Positions 12,258-25,705 of a stretch of DNA of 64,000 bases are shown in pieces. A program made the translations under genes and the position numbers. The notes below the pieces were generated by a model that ran no database searches, had not been told where the DNA came from, and saw only the letters and a list, made by a program, of their open reading frames with translations. The stretch is from Octopus vulgaris (Eukaryota), in NCBI GenBank assembly GCA_951406725.2, contig OX597814.1, forward strand, positions 152,520,001-152,584,000, read 5' to 3'. Position 1 is the stretch's first letter. Each line of letters starts with the position of its first letter.

Positions 12258-13229
12258 CTACAATAAAAAAGATGGAAGAAAAGGTAAAAATTCAAGAAAC
12301 AGAGTTGATCAGAAAAAAAAGGGAAAAAAATAATTTTGCAATTTGAACTGAATAAGAAAATCACATATTATTAAAAAAAAATTTAATTACCATAAAGTGA
12401 CTGTTTTAGCTATTTTTCTCATAAATTTCTACAAAAAGTAACAAATTTGAAGTATGTTTCTTTTCACCACCACAAACTTTATTTCTCTCACTCTCTCTCT
12501 TTCTTTCTGCCCCTCTTTCGCTCTCACTTTCTGTCCCTCTCTCTCCCTCTCTAACATTTTTCTTTACTCTCTATCTCTTTATATGGGTCATTGTTGTTTA
12601 GCTTTCAATCATGATTCAATTAACTTACAGATGACCAAAGACATTTAGACATTGTATTTCTAGGACAACATTGCCCAATAGGTCTTCATTTTTTTAAGGT
12701 GATTTGATGGAGATTTGGTTGCTATTTTTAGCTAGTAGAGTGGCTACATTGAGGTTCCCTTGCTCACTTCTTCAACTCAAGTATTTTTAATAATAGAAGT
12801 GTTAAAGTCAAGGTTGGTACTGTTCAGATATCAATTTGTTTTCTACCATATACATATGATCATTTTTGACATTACTTCTCATCAATAAATCTTTGTAGAG
12901 TTTAAATTTTAGATTTAAATATAAACCATTAAGGATACACGTCTTATTCTCAACGACATAATGAGACAATAGGTTTGGTTCATTGGAGTGGGCAAAGAAG
13001 AAACCTTGAGTGACAACTGGGAAACTGAAAGAAGCCAAGGAGGACAAAGAGAGAAGATACTCAATAACTTTACCAGCTGATTTCAGAAATATCAGCCCAA
13101 TATGGTGCTAAATCAAAGCGAGACAGGAAGGTTAGGAGATCCAAGATCTGTGATGCCTGTAGGCCAGTGCTCTGCAACCAGTATTCTGTGGAACACTGGT
13201 GTGCCATGAGACGATGTTAGGTGTGTAAC

Positions 13230-13685
13230 AGTGTAACCTTAGATGTCTTGCAAACAACTTGCACATGCAAGTGCTACCAGTCAAAAGCTCCATATACCAG
13301 AAGCCAGCAAGTGTATGGGGTCATCAGGAGAGAATGCGCGCCGTTTCGGGGCCTACCTCTCGACGGCATCAATGCACACCGGGCCCCTCACTGATATGAG
13401 GCCCCGCTTGCTAGATCAGCTGGTTATGAAGTTAAACTCAATATCCTTCTAGCCATTGCTCATCGTCTCTTTTTAACCAAATCCAGTGGCTAGCCTTCTC
13501 CACTGTAGATTGGATATCAGTCATGGTGGTATTGACTTTATGATGAGTTAGGCCTAGCGATAACAATAGTCGTCTCACACTGTGTCCAACAAACCCTCTA
13601 CATTTGACTTCGATTGGAAAATGTTCCGCTTTCCAGCCTGCGTCTTTACATTCCTCGAGGAGGTTTACATAACGGTTCGATTTTC
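13230..13685 (-). mobile_element. HERO-clade (RLE) non-LTR retrotransposon 3' fragment
   Basis: Minus-strand CKDAGWKAEHFPIEVKCRGFVGHS...EKASHWIWLKR, the typical HERO RLE C-terminus. Confidence 0.75.
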
Positions 13686-13751
13686 GAATATAATTTTTTC
13701 CTTACTATAATTTTAGTTCAGGTGTGCTGCTGAATTTTGAAAAAAAATATA

Positions 13752-14152
13752 ACTCTCTTTACTCTTTTACTTGTTTCAGTCATTTGACTGCGGCCATGCT
13801 GGAGCACTGCTTTTAGTCGAGCAAATCGACCCCAGGACTTATTCTTTGTAAGCCTAGTACTTATTCTATCAGACTCTTTTGCCGAACCTCTAAGCTATGG
13901 GGACATGAACACACCAGCATCGGTTGTCAAGCGATGTTAGGAGGACAAACACAGACCACAAACACACATATCTATATATACATATACATGACAGGCTTCT
14001 TTCAGTTTCCGTCTACCAAATCCACTCAAAAGGCTTTGGTCGGCCCGAGGCTATAGTAGAAAACACTTGCCCAAAGTGCCACGCAGTAGGACTGAACCCG
14101 GAACCATGCGGTTGGCAAGCAAGCTACTTACCATACAGCCACTCCTGCGCCT
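13752..14152 (-). mobile_element. Full-length SINE family A (octopus OR-like CORE-SINE)
   Basis: AGGCGCAGGAGTGGCTGTATGG head, B box GGTTCAGTCC, CORE-like GGGCAAGTG, internal TA/CA repeat, (GTAAAAGA)n tail. Confidence 0.9.
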
Positions 14153-14401
14153 ATGTGTACCGCAAGTTTAAAAAAACGGTAGTAAAGCACTGCTGTAAGC
14201 ACTGCTGTAAGCACAGCATATAAAGGGAGAGCTATACAAGTCAGTGAAATACTCAACCACTTGTATACTCATCCTATGAACAGGTAAAGCAGTTCATTGA
14301 ACAACACAGCAAGTCCATAAGAGATGTTCTCTCAGGACAAATACAGCAATGAATAACTTAACCAAGTGTGCATACATTTAGTATGATGAATAGATGGCTA
14401 T

Positions 14402-14625
14402 TTAACCCTTTAACATTCAGATTATTCTGTTAAATGTAATGCTTATTTATTCGCATTGTTCTGAACTGATCAAGCACTAGCTCATAGCTTTGAGATTTCA
14501 ATGTGATTGTTTATTCCTAAAATGATATTGTAGGGTAGATGAGAAAGGTCAAATCTGGCCAGTTAGATGATAAAACAGGCAGAACATTTTGGCCGGATAT
14601 GTCCAGTTTAAATGTTAAAGGGTAA
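14402..14625 (+). mobile_element. piggyBac-type MITE (family 1)
   Basis: TTAA-CCCTTTAACATT...AATGTTAAAGGG; six copies in the window. Confidence 0.8.
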
Positions 14626-14694
14626 AATACCCATAGTCAAACATGTTTTTCATGGAAGACTGGAAATGAACAACATTGCTTGTATAGTAGTGAT

Positions 14695-14910
14695 CCTTGT
14701 TTATAACCATCACATGATGCCAAGGCAAGAGAACACAGAAACACACACACACAATGGGCTTCTTTCAGTTTCCATCTACCAAATCCACTCATAAGACTGG
14801 CCAACCCATGGCTATAGCAGAAGACATTTGCCCAAGGTGCTGACCACATAGCTGACAACATGCGAGACCACATAGTTGGAAAGCAAGTTTATTAACCAAA
14901 CAGCCATGCA
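14695..14910 (-). mobile_element. SINE family A, diverged
   Basis: Similarity to 13752-14152. Confidence 0.7.
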
Positions 14911-15165
14911 TGTACCTACAAATGGCTTTAAAAAAATTAGAAATTTCTAATATAAAATATGTTATATAACAGAAATAATTCCATATCTATTCCAAATATA
15001 CACAATTTTCCACAGATAAGATTATTGCATTTTTGACTCAGAATTCTAGCTTATGAAAAGGAATTTAAAAAAACTAGACTAAAAAACTATTTTACACCTT
15101 GAAAAAAGCAATTTAACATGCAAATTCGCATTTTTGATTTGAAAGAATATTCCAGGAATACATAC

Positions 15166-15239
15166 CCAGCTTCAGATAATTTTTTGGTGATATTACTGTA
15201 TGGCAAGAGGAAAAACCGGCTGCGCCAGTATTTTAAAAT
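15166..15239 (-). CDS. DEPDC5: DEPDC5 exon ILKYWRSRFFLLPYSNITKKLSEA
   Basis: LK.WR.RF.LLP motif; CAG/GTATGT, 74 nt, phase 0-2. Confidence 0.95.
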
Positions 15240-16612
15240 CTGAAAGTAAACAAGATGAACATTGGATATGTAATAAATTCATTTTATTTTGTTGTCACAA
15301 GAATTATTTATGTGTATCATCATCATCATCATCATCATTATTTAATGTCCACTTTCTATGCTGACATGGGTTAGAGGTTTGACTGGTACTGCAAGAATTC
15401 TTCACAGGCTTCTTGAAGCATGACCAGTAAACAAGTACCACCTTAGTCTGCTGGCTGTGGACAGCTGACACTTCCATCATGCCCAGCAAAATAAGCTGTG
15501 AGTTTTCATATAATAATAATGTCAACATTATTATAATCTTTTAATGCCTATCTTCTATGCTGGCCTAGGTTGGACAACTTGGCAGGATCCAATGGATCTG
15601 AGAACTGCATCATACTCCAATATCTGCTTTGGACATGGTTTCTTACAGCTGGATGTCCTTCCTTAATGCCACTCACTTGGCAGCAGCACTAGTGATCTAT
15701 GTAACTCACAAAACTAAGATTCCCTTCAACCGAGTGAGGTTACAGTAGAAATGTCCAAATAAAAATATGGGTAAAATAACTGAATATCTAGATTATAGTA
15801 CAACTTCAATAATTGATATTACAAGAGAAAAAGGAATTTAGAAACTGAATTGTATACTTTAAAATTTCCAAAATTTATTTCTAAGTTTAGATAACCAACT
15901 ATGTAAAATATACATCTAATAATTGCTTAGTAAGAACTGAATTTTTCCACAAGCTAAGCAACTGAACTGCTATTGTTGTTGTTTAGCCATCTCCAAGTCA
16001 ACACTGACCAAATGTAACATCATACTCAACCATCCATTTTTTTTCACAACAGCAACCTATGATACAAGGCAAATTTGTCTACTATTTCTATCAATCCATT
16101 TAACTATGTAGAGACTCCCTCACTTGATCAGGTCAATAGTAGCATTAAAAGTTTATGAAGTGTGTAAGAATTACAGATGTAGAATTCCTACTTGGCCTCA
16201 GATATGAGGGTTAAATGAAATTGATACAGTGAGTTACTTTTTAAGAAGTTACAATTCACTGAGGGTGCCAGAAATATGTCCCAATTGGCCTCCCATACTT
16301 ACTGGCTTTTCTTTTTTTTTTTTTTGTCATCACAAATGTATTTCCAGTTTAGATATTTAACACTCCATGCATCACATATGTAAATACCCACTGACCCATG
16401 ATACAATCAATATTGTTAATAAAGGAGTATATAAAGTCAGTCTGACTTTAAAAAAAAGACAACCTACATCAAATTTAATAGAGGGGAAACTGTACTGATA
16501 CTCATGTGTGCTTGTGTGTGTCTGTGTGTTTGCATTTGTTGTGTGTGTGCATGTGCATGTGTGTGTACATATAAATATGTCATACAATTACAAAAGGCTG
16601 TGTAAACCATAC

Positions 16613-16787
16613 CTTGGTTAGTGGGTAATCTCCCTCCCCCTGAGTACAAATAAAGTGATCTAAATAATTCCAGTTATAGTTTTCCAGCTTTTCATTGGTA
16701 AATTCAGTCTCAGACAGACTGTAATGGTCGGAATCAGGAGCTTGAAATCTATATCGGTATTTGTAGTGCATCAGACGATATGGATGC
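16613..16787 (-). CDS. DEPDC5: DEPDC5 exon HPYRLMHYKYRYRFQAPD...EKLENYNWNYLDHFICTQGEGDYPLTK
   Basis: E.LE.Y.WNYLD..IC motif; CAG/GTATGG, 175 nt, phase 2-0. Confidence 0.96.
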
Positions 16788-17179
16788 CTGCCAAAAAGAA
16801 ATTTTAAATGAAATAATTATTCAATTACCATTCAAAAAATCAAACTATAGATTTTTTTTCTTTTATTAATCAGTTATTATTTTCTAATAATGTATCAATA
16901 AAGTTTAACTATTTCACACAATGGTTATAGTTAAGAATATGGTTAGTCCACATTACTCCATAGGAAAGTGGAAGTTCTAATATCTGTTTTAGTTTGGTTT
17001 CTACAGTTAAATGCCCATCCTAATGCCAAACTCTTTATAGTGTACTGGGTGCATTTTTTGTGGCACCAGCACTGGTGAGGTCACCAAGTACTCACAAGAC
17101 AGGACAAGACTCAACTGAGTGGAGCATAGATAGAATTGAGGGATGTGAGAGTATGATAGAAATAACAAAATAAAATTAC

Positions 17180-17265
17180 CGTGGCATGTATCTAGTGACT
17201 ATAACAGTTTTATCCACGCGAGTCATCTTATGATAAACTCGGCCAATACTTAAATAACAGATTTC
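17180..17265 (-). CDS. DEPDC5: DEPDC5 exon EICYLSIGRVYHKMTRVDKTVIVTRYMP
   Basis: LS.GR..HK and VTRY.P motifs; CAG/GTAAT, 86 nt, phase 0-2. Confidence 0.95.
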
Positions 17266-17344
17266 CTGCAAAAAACAAAACGAGAAAAATTTTAAATTTA
17301 AAGAATCAGTTTAACAGACAACTATTTCCAACTAGGTTTCATAG

Positions 17345-17741
17345 TTTTAGCATTTAAACTGGCCATATCTGGCCCTAATATTCTACCTGTTTTACACTCA
17401 AATCAGCCAGATCCCATCTCTCACACCTACCCTACTAAGGCACTCTAAAAATATACGATCATATCATCAAAATCTTAAAGCTATGAGATAATACATCATC
17501 ATCATCGTTTAACGTCCGTTTTCCATGCTAGCATGGGTTGGACGATTTGACTGGGGTCTGGGAAGCCAGGAGGCTGCACCAGGCTCCAGTCTGATCTGGC
17601 AGTGTTTCTACAGCTGGATGCCCTTCCTAACGCCAACCACTCCATGAGGGTAGTGGGTGCTTTTTACGTGCCACCGGCACAGCGTGCCAATGAGTACAAA
17701 GCATTACAGTTGATAGAATAATGTGAATGCTGAAAGGTTAA
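17345..17741 (-). mobile_element. piggyBac-type MITE (family 1) interrupted by an RTE 3' end at about 17495-17690
   Basis: MITE sequence resumes after the (CAT)n-tailed RTE piece. Confidence 0.8.
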
Positions 17742-17786
17742 AAGTGAAAAGTCTGCAATGAGAATATTTCAAAAGACAGGTAACGC

Positions 17787-18012
17787 TTAACTCTTTAGCA
17801 TTCAGATTTTTCTGTCAAATGTATTCTTTATTTATTCACATTGTTTCGAATTAATCATGCATTATTCTCATAGCTTTGAGATTTTGATGATGTGATTGTA
17901 TATTTTTAGAATGACATTTTAGGGTTGGTGTGAGAGTCTTGATCTGGCCAGTTTGAACATAAAATAGGTAGAATATGTTGGCTTGATATGGCTGGTTTAA
18001 ATACTAAAGGGT
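17787..18012 (+). mobile_element. piggyBac-type MITE (family 1)
   Basis: TTAA-CTCTTTAGCATT...AATACTAAAGGG. Confidence 0.8.
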
Positions 18013-18206
18013 GAAAAGAATAAAATCAAAGTCAAAACCACTGAGAAAAGTCAGTTTTAAGATTTGTGAAACACTCACTGAGCTATTAACATCACAGCAT
18101 CCATAGTACAAACTTCAGAAAGCTATAATCATTTTTTCTTTTTTTATATTCAGTCATTAACAAATAGCAGGCTTTATGAAAGAAATTATGACTACACATA
18201 TAGATA

Positions 18207-19420
18207 TCACGTCATTAAGAATGAAATTACCAATTTTGAACTGAAAATTTATGTTACTTTATGTTAACAAAAAGCAATGCAGTTAATCAAAGTATGCACC
18301 TAAATTATCAACACAATTTTGCCATTTTATCGTTAGCTTATTTGTGGGTAGCAAAGAATTCTGGAGAGCAAGATGTGATGAAATCACGAAAGGCTATTTT
18401 TGCTTCTTCAGATTTGAAGTTTTTTTCCTTACAAAAAGTTGTCTAATGCCTGGAAAACATGATAGCCAGTTAGTGCAAGGTCTGGTGAATATGGTGGATG
18501 ACAGTTCAGTTGGTGTAACTAGAGTAGCGTTCTTTGTGCAACATGTGGTCGAGCATTGTCGTGTTAGAATATTGTCCTGTCTCTGTTGACCAAGCTCGGT
18601 TGCTTAATTGCAAGTTCACTCATCATTTCATCCAGTTGGTTGATGGATACACATGCTGTAATCTCATGAAGCTGTAGTGGATGAAACCAGTGCAGGACCA
18701 TTAGCGTTTTTTTGGTGAATATTCATATTTGGATTGTGTTTTGGAACTTCGTCTCCATCCAACCACCATACAGAATGCTTGCTATTGTTGAAAAGAATTT
18801 TTCATCACGCATAACAATACAATGCGAAAATGGTTTGCTTTTATGCTGTGACAGCAAACAACAGCAAGTTTCAAGACGATGTGTCATTTGATGCTCATGT
18901 GGTACCCACTCATCCAGATTTGTTTCAGATGGTCCAATACATTTGGAATCAAAACATCAAACCTTGCTGCTAACTCACACATAGTCTGAGATGTATCTGC
19001 TTCCACTACAGTTTCCATCTCCTCATTACCCACCGTGGTTTCAGGTCTACCACGGGGCTGATTTTCAAGAGTAAAGTTACCAGACTAGAATTACTCAAAC
19101 CATCAATGTACAGTGTGCTCATTCGCCACATCTTCACCAAATACCTTATTGTTGTTTCAAGATGACTGGGATGCATTGGTTCCACAGCAGAACTCACATT
19201 CATAAACAACTTGAATTTTTGATCACTCCACGGATTCACAAAAATCAATTTACAAGAGAAAACTCACAATATAACTTGACACAACAAACTGCATTTCAAA
19301 AAGTGATGATGTAACTCTTCAATGTTGTAAAACAATGAATTGTCAGGATAAAACATTAGAGTTAACGACTGTCAAACTTGGTGCATAAGAAAATCAGACA
19401 TTTCATTCTTAATGACCTGA
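18207..19420 (-). mobile_element. Decayed mariner transposon, about 1.2 kb
   Basis: TIRs TCA(C/G)GTCATTAAGAATGAAAT with TA on both sides; minus-strand WVPHE and HDNARPH remnants. Confidence 0.85.
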
Positions 19421-19589
19421 TATTTTGTTAATGATTTTTGCTGTACAGCCACATGGTTCTGAGTTTGATATCATCATGTGGTACCTCGGGCAAGTATTTT
19501 CTTCAATACTTTTGCACCAACTAAAGCATTGCAATTATAATTTGGTTGACAGAAACTTTGCAAAAGTCCACCAGATTCATATATATAGA

Positions 19590-19940
19590 TAGGAGGAGGA
19601 GGAGACCCCTTCAGTCATGATTGACCATGGGATTGCACCTAGAAAGTTACCCTCCAAGGCACAAGTCTGGGCAGGGTTGTTTGTGGAAGACCAGCAGTCG
19701 CCCATGCATACCGGTCTCCCCTCCCCACGCCACCAATGTTATCCAAGGGAAAGGCAAAGGATGATACAGCTTGGCACCAGTGATGTCACAACTCATTTTT
19801 ACAGCTGAGTGAATTGGAGCAACGTGAAATAAAGTGTCTTGCTCAAGAACACAACACGCAGCCAAGTTCGGGAATCGAACTCACAACCTCACGATCGTAA
19901 GCTCGATGCTCTAACCACTGAGCCCTGCACCTTCACATGT
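19590..19940 (-). mobile_element. SINE family C (MetaSINE-like), full length
   Basis: GGCTCAGTGGTTAGAGC A box, GAGTTCGATTCCC B box, shared core, (CCT)n tail. Confidence 0.85.
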
Positions 19941-20529
19941 ATAGATACAGATATAGATATATAATATAAATATTTGCAAAAGCTTTTTGAGCAATGCAGG
20001 TGAAGAATTAAACAAAATATGTAAGGTAAATCCAAAGAATGAAAACAAAGAGAAAAGATATTGTATTACCTTACATAGGTTGTTTGATGATTTTATAATA
20101 TTTGGGTACAGGGAGGTGGGGGGATTCTTCTTTTCAAATAGAAGAAATTTTAAAAATCAGAGTTCTGAGAATTGTGTGGTTAATGGCAGGGCATTTTAAT
20201 GTGTTGTCAAAAAAAGCATTACCTGAATTAGTTCGTGCAGTAACAATTACAAGAATAATTAAACAACCTGTGTAAGATCATACAATATCTTCTTTGTTTT
20301 CATTCACTGACATCACCTTACATATTTCACTTACTTCCTCACCTGTATTGCTGAAAGAATTTTTCCAAACAATAGTTCCAAAAGCCATCAAATTCAAATC
20401 TTATCACATGAGAATCACAAGAAGTATTGTGTTCAAGAAACAAAAAAGTAGTTACTACATACAGCTACATTATTTTGTTAAGAAAAAAAAGCAATTGATA
20501 ATAATTTTAGTTATTCTTAAATAACTTAC

Positions 20530-20637
20530 AGAATCTTCATTTTTATTATGAAGTGATTTATAAAATCCAGCTCCTCGATGTCTGGTGATGGATAAAGAAT
20601 CAGATAGGTTCTTTGGCAAAACAATCAGTTGGAAACC
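20530..20637 (-). CDS. DEPDC5: DEPDC5 exon GFQLIVLPKNLSDSLSITRHRGAGFYKSLHNKNEDS
   Basis: GFQLIV continues the QRL.QGFQ motif; TAG/GTAAGT, 108 nt, phase 0-0. Confidence 0.93.
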
Positions 20638-21684
20638 CTAAATGTGATTATGAAAAGAATATACATCACATTAATAACTTCATAGTCACACATATCATAC
20701 AATCAGAATAATAAATGCATAAATATTATGTATTTAGCAGATCTAGCTGGATCCTACCAAGATTACAAAGTAAATATGTTAGTAGTAGTGGTGGTGGTGG
20801 TGGCAGTGATGGTGGTGGTGGTGGTGATTTAAACAGCTTGTCTTAAAATCACATGGCTCTGGGTCCAATTTCATAGTGTAGAACTTTGGGCAAATGTCTT
20901 TTAACATAACTTCGGGTCTATCAAAGTCTTGTGAGAGAAATGTGGTAGAATGGAAACTATATAGAAGTCAGTCAGATGGAATGTACATGTATTTGAATGG
21001 GGGACTCAATCCATCACCAAATTTACCTCCACCACTTGACCCTGGAGTGCCTTTAATGAGTTCACTCAGTTGCAATCATTATGATCAATGACAATAGTGG
21101 ACATGATGCTGGTGGTGGTGGTGGTGGTGGTGGTGGTGGTGGTGGTGATGATGATGATACTGAAACCCAAATCCTTGAGAGCATGGATTAGCTGGTTCTA
21201 TAACAAATGGTATGAATTTGTAATAAATAATTTAAATGTCGGTGCCCCAGCATGGCCATAGCTCATGAGCTGAAACCGGTTCAATTCAATTCAACCTCAT
21301 TTGAGAAAGAACTGTACCAAACTGATGTAATCAGAAACATGTGTCTTGGTGAGGTTTGAACTTACAACTATTCACTTAGTTATCTACCAGCTTTGCCATT
21401 CAACTGCTTCATCTCTTAATTGCAACAAGTATATAAGGATTTTGTTATCTTGAATATTCCAGCTTATTGAGTAATTAATTTGATCCATCATGTGGAAAAA
21501 GTTTTTAAAATTTGATAAAAACCTGTGGAAGCCATGTCACTGAAGTCCATATTAAACATCACAATCATCTTGCTTCCATTATCCATCCTTACAAAGTGAC
21601 AGAACCCCTTATAAACACTAAATATCAAATCAATGAAAAGGGTTTTATTTAATTTAATTTACTTTTCCACCATCACCACTATGT

Positions 21685-22020
21685 GAAGGCACATGGTTTA
21701 GTGGTTAGAGCATTGGGCTTATAATTATGAGGTTGTGAGTTCAATTCCTGGACTAGGCTGTGTGTCATGTTTTTGAACAAGACATTATTTCACATTGATC
21801 CAGTTCACTCACTTGTAGAAGTGAGTTGCAATGTCACTGATGTCAAGCTCTATCATCTTTTACCTTTCCCTTAGACAACACTGATGGCTTGGGGAGGAGA
21901 GACTGGTATGCATAGGCAACTGCTGGTCTTCCACAAAGCAACCTTACCTTGATTATGCCTCAGAGGGGAACTTTCAAGGTGCAATACCAAGGTCATTCAT
22001 GACCAAAAGGGGGTCTTTAC
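21685..22020 (+). mobile_element. SINE family C, diverged full length
   Basis: Reverse-complement match to 19590-19940. Confidence 0.8.
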
Positions 22021-22092
22021 CCATCTTTTTACCCACCATCACCACCACAACCACTACTTAAATTTAACATTGATATAGTAGAAACACTTAAC

Positions 22093-22186
22093 CTGTGATA
22101 ATCTTTGTGATATCAGCTCCCTGAACAATTGCTCTGTGTCCATTGGAGGCTTTCGGTAGCATTTCTCATCTGGGTTGCTTGGTAGA
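22093..22186 (-). CDS. DEPDC5: DEPDC5 exon LPSNPDEKCYRKPPMDTEQLFRELISQRLSQ
   Basis: F.ELI.QRL.Q motif; CAG/GTTAAG, 94 nt, phase 2-0. Confidence 0.93.
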
Positions 22187-22749
22187 CTGTTGATAAAATG
22201 CATAAAATTTAATTAAATAAACAAAAGTGTATTCTCTGAGTAGAACTGCATCTAAATTGATGTTTGCAAAAATGTTAACATTTTTAATATGTTAAAGAAT
22301 TAGAAAGTAGAATATTCTATACAAAATTATAATAAAAATATTCTATATGAAAACTAGTAAATTAAAATGGAAAATATTCTTGGGAGAATAAAGAAAATCA
22401 TTTTACTAGAAAACTTAAATGATAACAGTTATTGTTCATTTGCTAAAGAACCTATCCTTTAAAAGGAAACACAGCTCTCTCTTGACAAAATATATAAGTA
22501 TTGTTATACTTATTATACTAGGGGTTGAGTTTTTTTTTTTTTTCCAATTAAACACATGTACTATTTATTCTATCTTCGCTTTAGTTTTTATTTGTATTAT
22601 CTTTAGTTCACACATCTGTCTCACATTCTATGACCTCATCAAATGACTCTCCGTCCCATGTGTCTCCTCTTGTCCTGCTTATTCCAGTTTATCCTTCTGT
22701 GGTATGTATCTCTATCTGCACATACATTTACATGTGTGTGTGTGTGTGT

Positions 22750-22780
<31 letters not shown>

Positions 22781-23138
22781 GTGCATGCGTGTATGTATAT
22801 TACACTGTTTGTACTTGCCCATATTTTTTCTCTTCTCTTTCTCCTTCTGTCTTTAGTATGTGTATGTATGTCTTGTGTGCATAAGAATTATCTTCTTAAA
22901 TTTACACATCTAGTAAATTAAAAATAAACTTCTTGATGTCCTCTATGCAATTTGGAAAAATAAGCTTCTAGTTTTAGGGGGGTTTTTTTACTACCTCTAA
23001 ATTTCAGATAGTAAATCTGTAAACATATCTTTATAGTTATAGGTTAACTCATGTATGTCATGCTAGATATGAGAATCAATGAACTAATAATCTTTATATT
23101 ATCGCAAATCTTTTTCTGAAAAATTTTGTGAAACTTAC

Positions 23139-23283
23139 TTTGTCCAGTATTCACTGTTCACAATTTCAGGCAGAATGATGTAATGATAAACTACAAAATC
23201 AGCATTCAAACTACGCAGATCTGGGAAGAAGTCTGTTGTAATTGGTAAAGATGCTGGAATTGTTAGAGACTTCCAATCAACAC
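23139..23283 (-). CDS. DEPDC5: DEPDC5 exon, start of SHEN domain: [21 protein letters not shown]...
   Basis: Signature VDWKSLT.PA.LP.TTD.FPD; CAG/GTAAGT, 145 nt, phase 1-2. Confidence 0.97.
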
Positions 23284-24029
23284 CTGTAAAAATGAAATAA
23301 ATAAGAACACAAACAATATTATTTACATTGCACAAGGTTACTAATACTGTTTAAGGTTATTAGTTTGGTGTCACCAATGACCAACTTCAAATACCAGTAA
23401 ATCAATGCAAAATATATGAAGAACACGTTTAACAGCAAAAAGCAAGAAAAACAAAAGCTGCTAGTAAATAAGTTAATGCCAACAATTTGATGCCTTAGTG
23501 AAACTTTGTAAAATAAAGCAATAAGTTAATTTTGTGCTCAGTTCCAAATATTACTCAATAGACTCAATAATCTGTTGTTTTCACAAGAGAAGATTTGAAG
23601 CCTCATTTTAAAGTGAATAGATATTTACCAAATTATCAATGAAGAACTACTATAAAAAAAAACTACTCAGACTCTCCTTTCTTTTCTCTTTGATATTAAA
23701 GTATGAACTTTCAGAGTATCTACTTATCTATGAAGAACTACTATAAACTCTCACATTCCTGAATTTCCTGTTCTGCTTAATTTATATGTATTTTTTATAC
23801 TCATTTCTGTATATCTATTTTATAAACGCTTCAATGTCATTAACAACTGCCTATCAATCTTTTATTTTATTGTGCTTTTATTAACTCAACTGGAATATTG
23901 CCTATAGCTAACTCTTGTCTACCTATATTCTGCTTCCTTTCATCCAATGCTGGATTTAAAGTTTCTGGCCCAGTCTGAGTATTAACTGTCAACATCTAGC
24001 ATGCCTTTGCCTGACATATTTGCACCCAT

Positions 24030-24150
24030 TATACATACATACATACATACATACATACATACCATACATACATACCATACATACATACATACATACATAC
24101 ATACATACATACATACATACATACATACATACATACATACATACACATAC
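24030..24150. repeat. (TACA)n microsatellite
   Basis: Direct inspection. Confidence 0.95.
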
Positions 24151-24811
24151 GTACATATTCATGTTTTAAGTTCTATTACATGTGTGTGAGTGAGAGAGAG
24201 AGAGAAAGAGAGATGATTATTGTTTCTAGCTATGAACTAAAGATTAGCTAGAAAATGGCAAAACTTCTTTGGCACTAGTTTTATTTCATTGCATAATAAC
24301 TGCAAACAGTAGAAATCATGGGACAATGACAGTGGTAATCACAACTGAAGAGTATAATATTTAGATTAATCCCTTTCAATTGAAAGCTGAAGGACTACCA
24401 AGTTAGATGTTACTTTAAATCTTTCTAAGGAGAGGAAGGAGTCAATAAAATAAGTACTCTCAACACAGCATTCCAATCAAAAAACTATATTCTGCCCTTA
24501 GCTGAAAGAATATGCTCACAGATTACATACAGATGCATACACTCAGTATTCAAATCATAGTTGAGTTAGTCAACCACTCACTATACAGACTCAGACAATC
24601 ACTGTACAAACCAATGAGAGAATTTCTACATAGCCATTTGATCTGCTAGAAATAATAGCTAAATCCCTCTCAAATTACACTCCACTGTAATGTAGTCTTA
24701 GGTGCATTATGTCTTTTGGAAATTATAAAGACAGAATGATCAGGCTTAAAATGCCTTTGATCATAGGTCAGCTTGATAAGATCTGCTTGATAGCATGGGG
24801 TCAAATGACAA

Positions 24812-25190
24812 CAACAGACACTGTTAATGTACAGAACACCACTCTTAATGCACAGACAACTGTTGTAAATGTCTAAAGAACCACCATCGATGCTCAGCCA
24901 ACTGATCAATGCTCAGTCCACCACTGACAATGCTCAGACAGCCACTGTCAATGCTCAGACAACCACTGCCAATAACTAGATACTTTTTGTAAATACTCAA
25001 ACAACCACTGTTAATGCTCAGACAACCACTCAATACTCAGACATCATCCACTATCAATGCTCAGACAGCAATTGTATCCACTGTACATGCACAGACAACC
25101 TGTATACATATTCAGACAATTATTGTAAATGTCTAGACAACCACTATCAATGTTGAAACAATGACATTTAAATGTTCAGACAAACTGTAA
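24812..25190. repeat. Degenerate minisatellite, unit about 21 bp (CAGACAACCACTGTCAATGCT)
   Basis: More than a dozen imperfect tandem units visible. Confidence 0.85.
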
Positions 25191-25705
25191 ACATGAATGC
25201 AAATATAAAAGAAAAATCCTCAAAATTAATTTTCATTACATTTTTCAAAAAGAACATAAATTTTTAGTCATAGAAATTTAACATAAAACAAATATTCAAC
25301 AAACAAAAACCAAACTGAACACATTAAAACTGTAAGTTAGGCAACATTAATAACAACTGCATATACATATATATATAGGTACATATACACAAATGCATGA
25401 GATGGAGGGCAAGAGACAACATTGAGCATAAGTGCATTCATTCTTCTTAATTATTCAAATAGCAGAATAACTTTTTTTTAAAAATTGCTTCAAGCAGTTT
25501 GAGAGATAAATAATACTGTTTAATAAAGGTGACATTAGTTAAGGATATTAAATTAGGAGTTGCTATTGATCATAATTGTTATGATTATAAGAAAGACAAA
25601 GAGAAGTTATATTAGGAGATACGATGAAAAAATTAAGATGTTGCCTTCAAAAAAGGTGACATAGAAAAGAAGTTTTCAGTTAAGTGGCAGATCTAAAAGA
25701 TTTAA

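Larger units (their letters stand above)
13165..14192. mobile_element. hAT/Charlie-type non-autonomous element carrying nested insertions
   Basis: CAGTGCT...AGCACTG termini; 8-bp TSD CTGTAGGC/CTGTAAGC with central TA. Confidence 0.7.
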
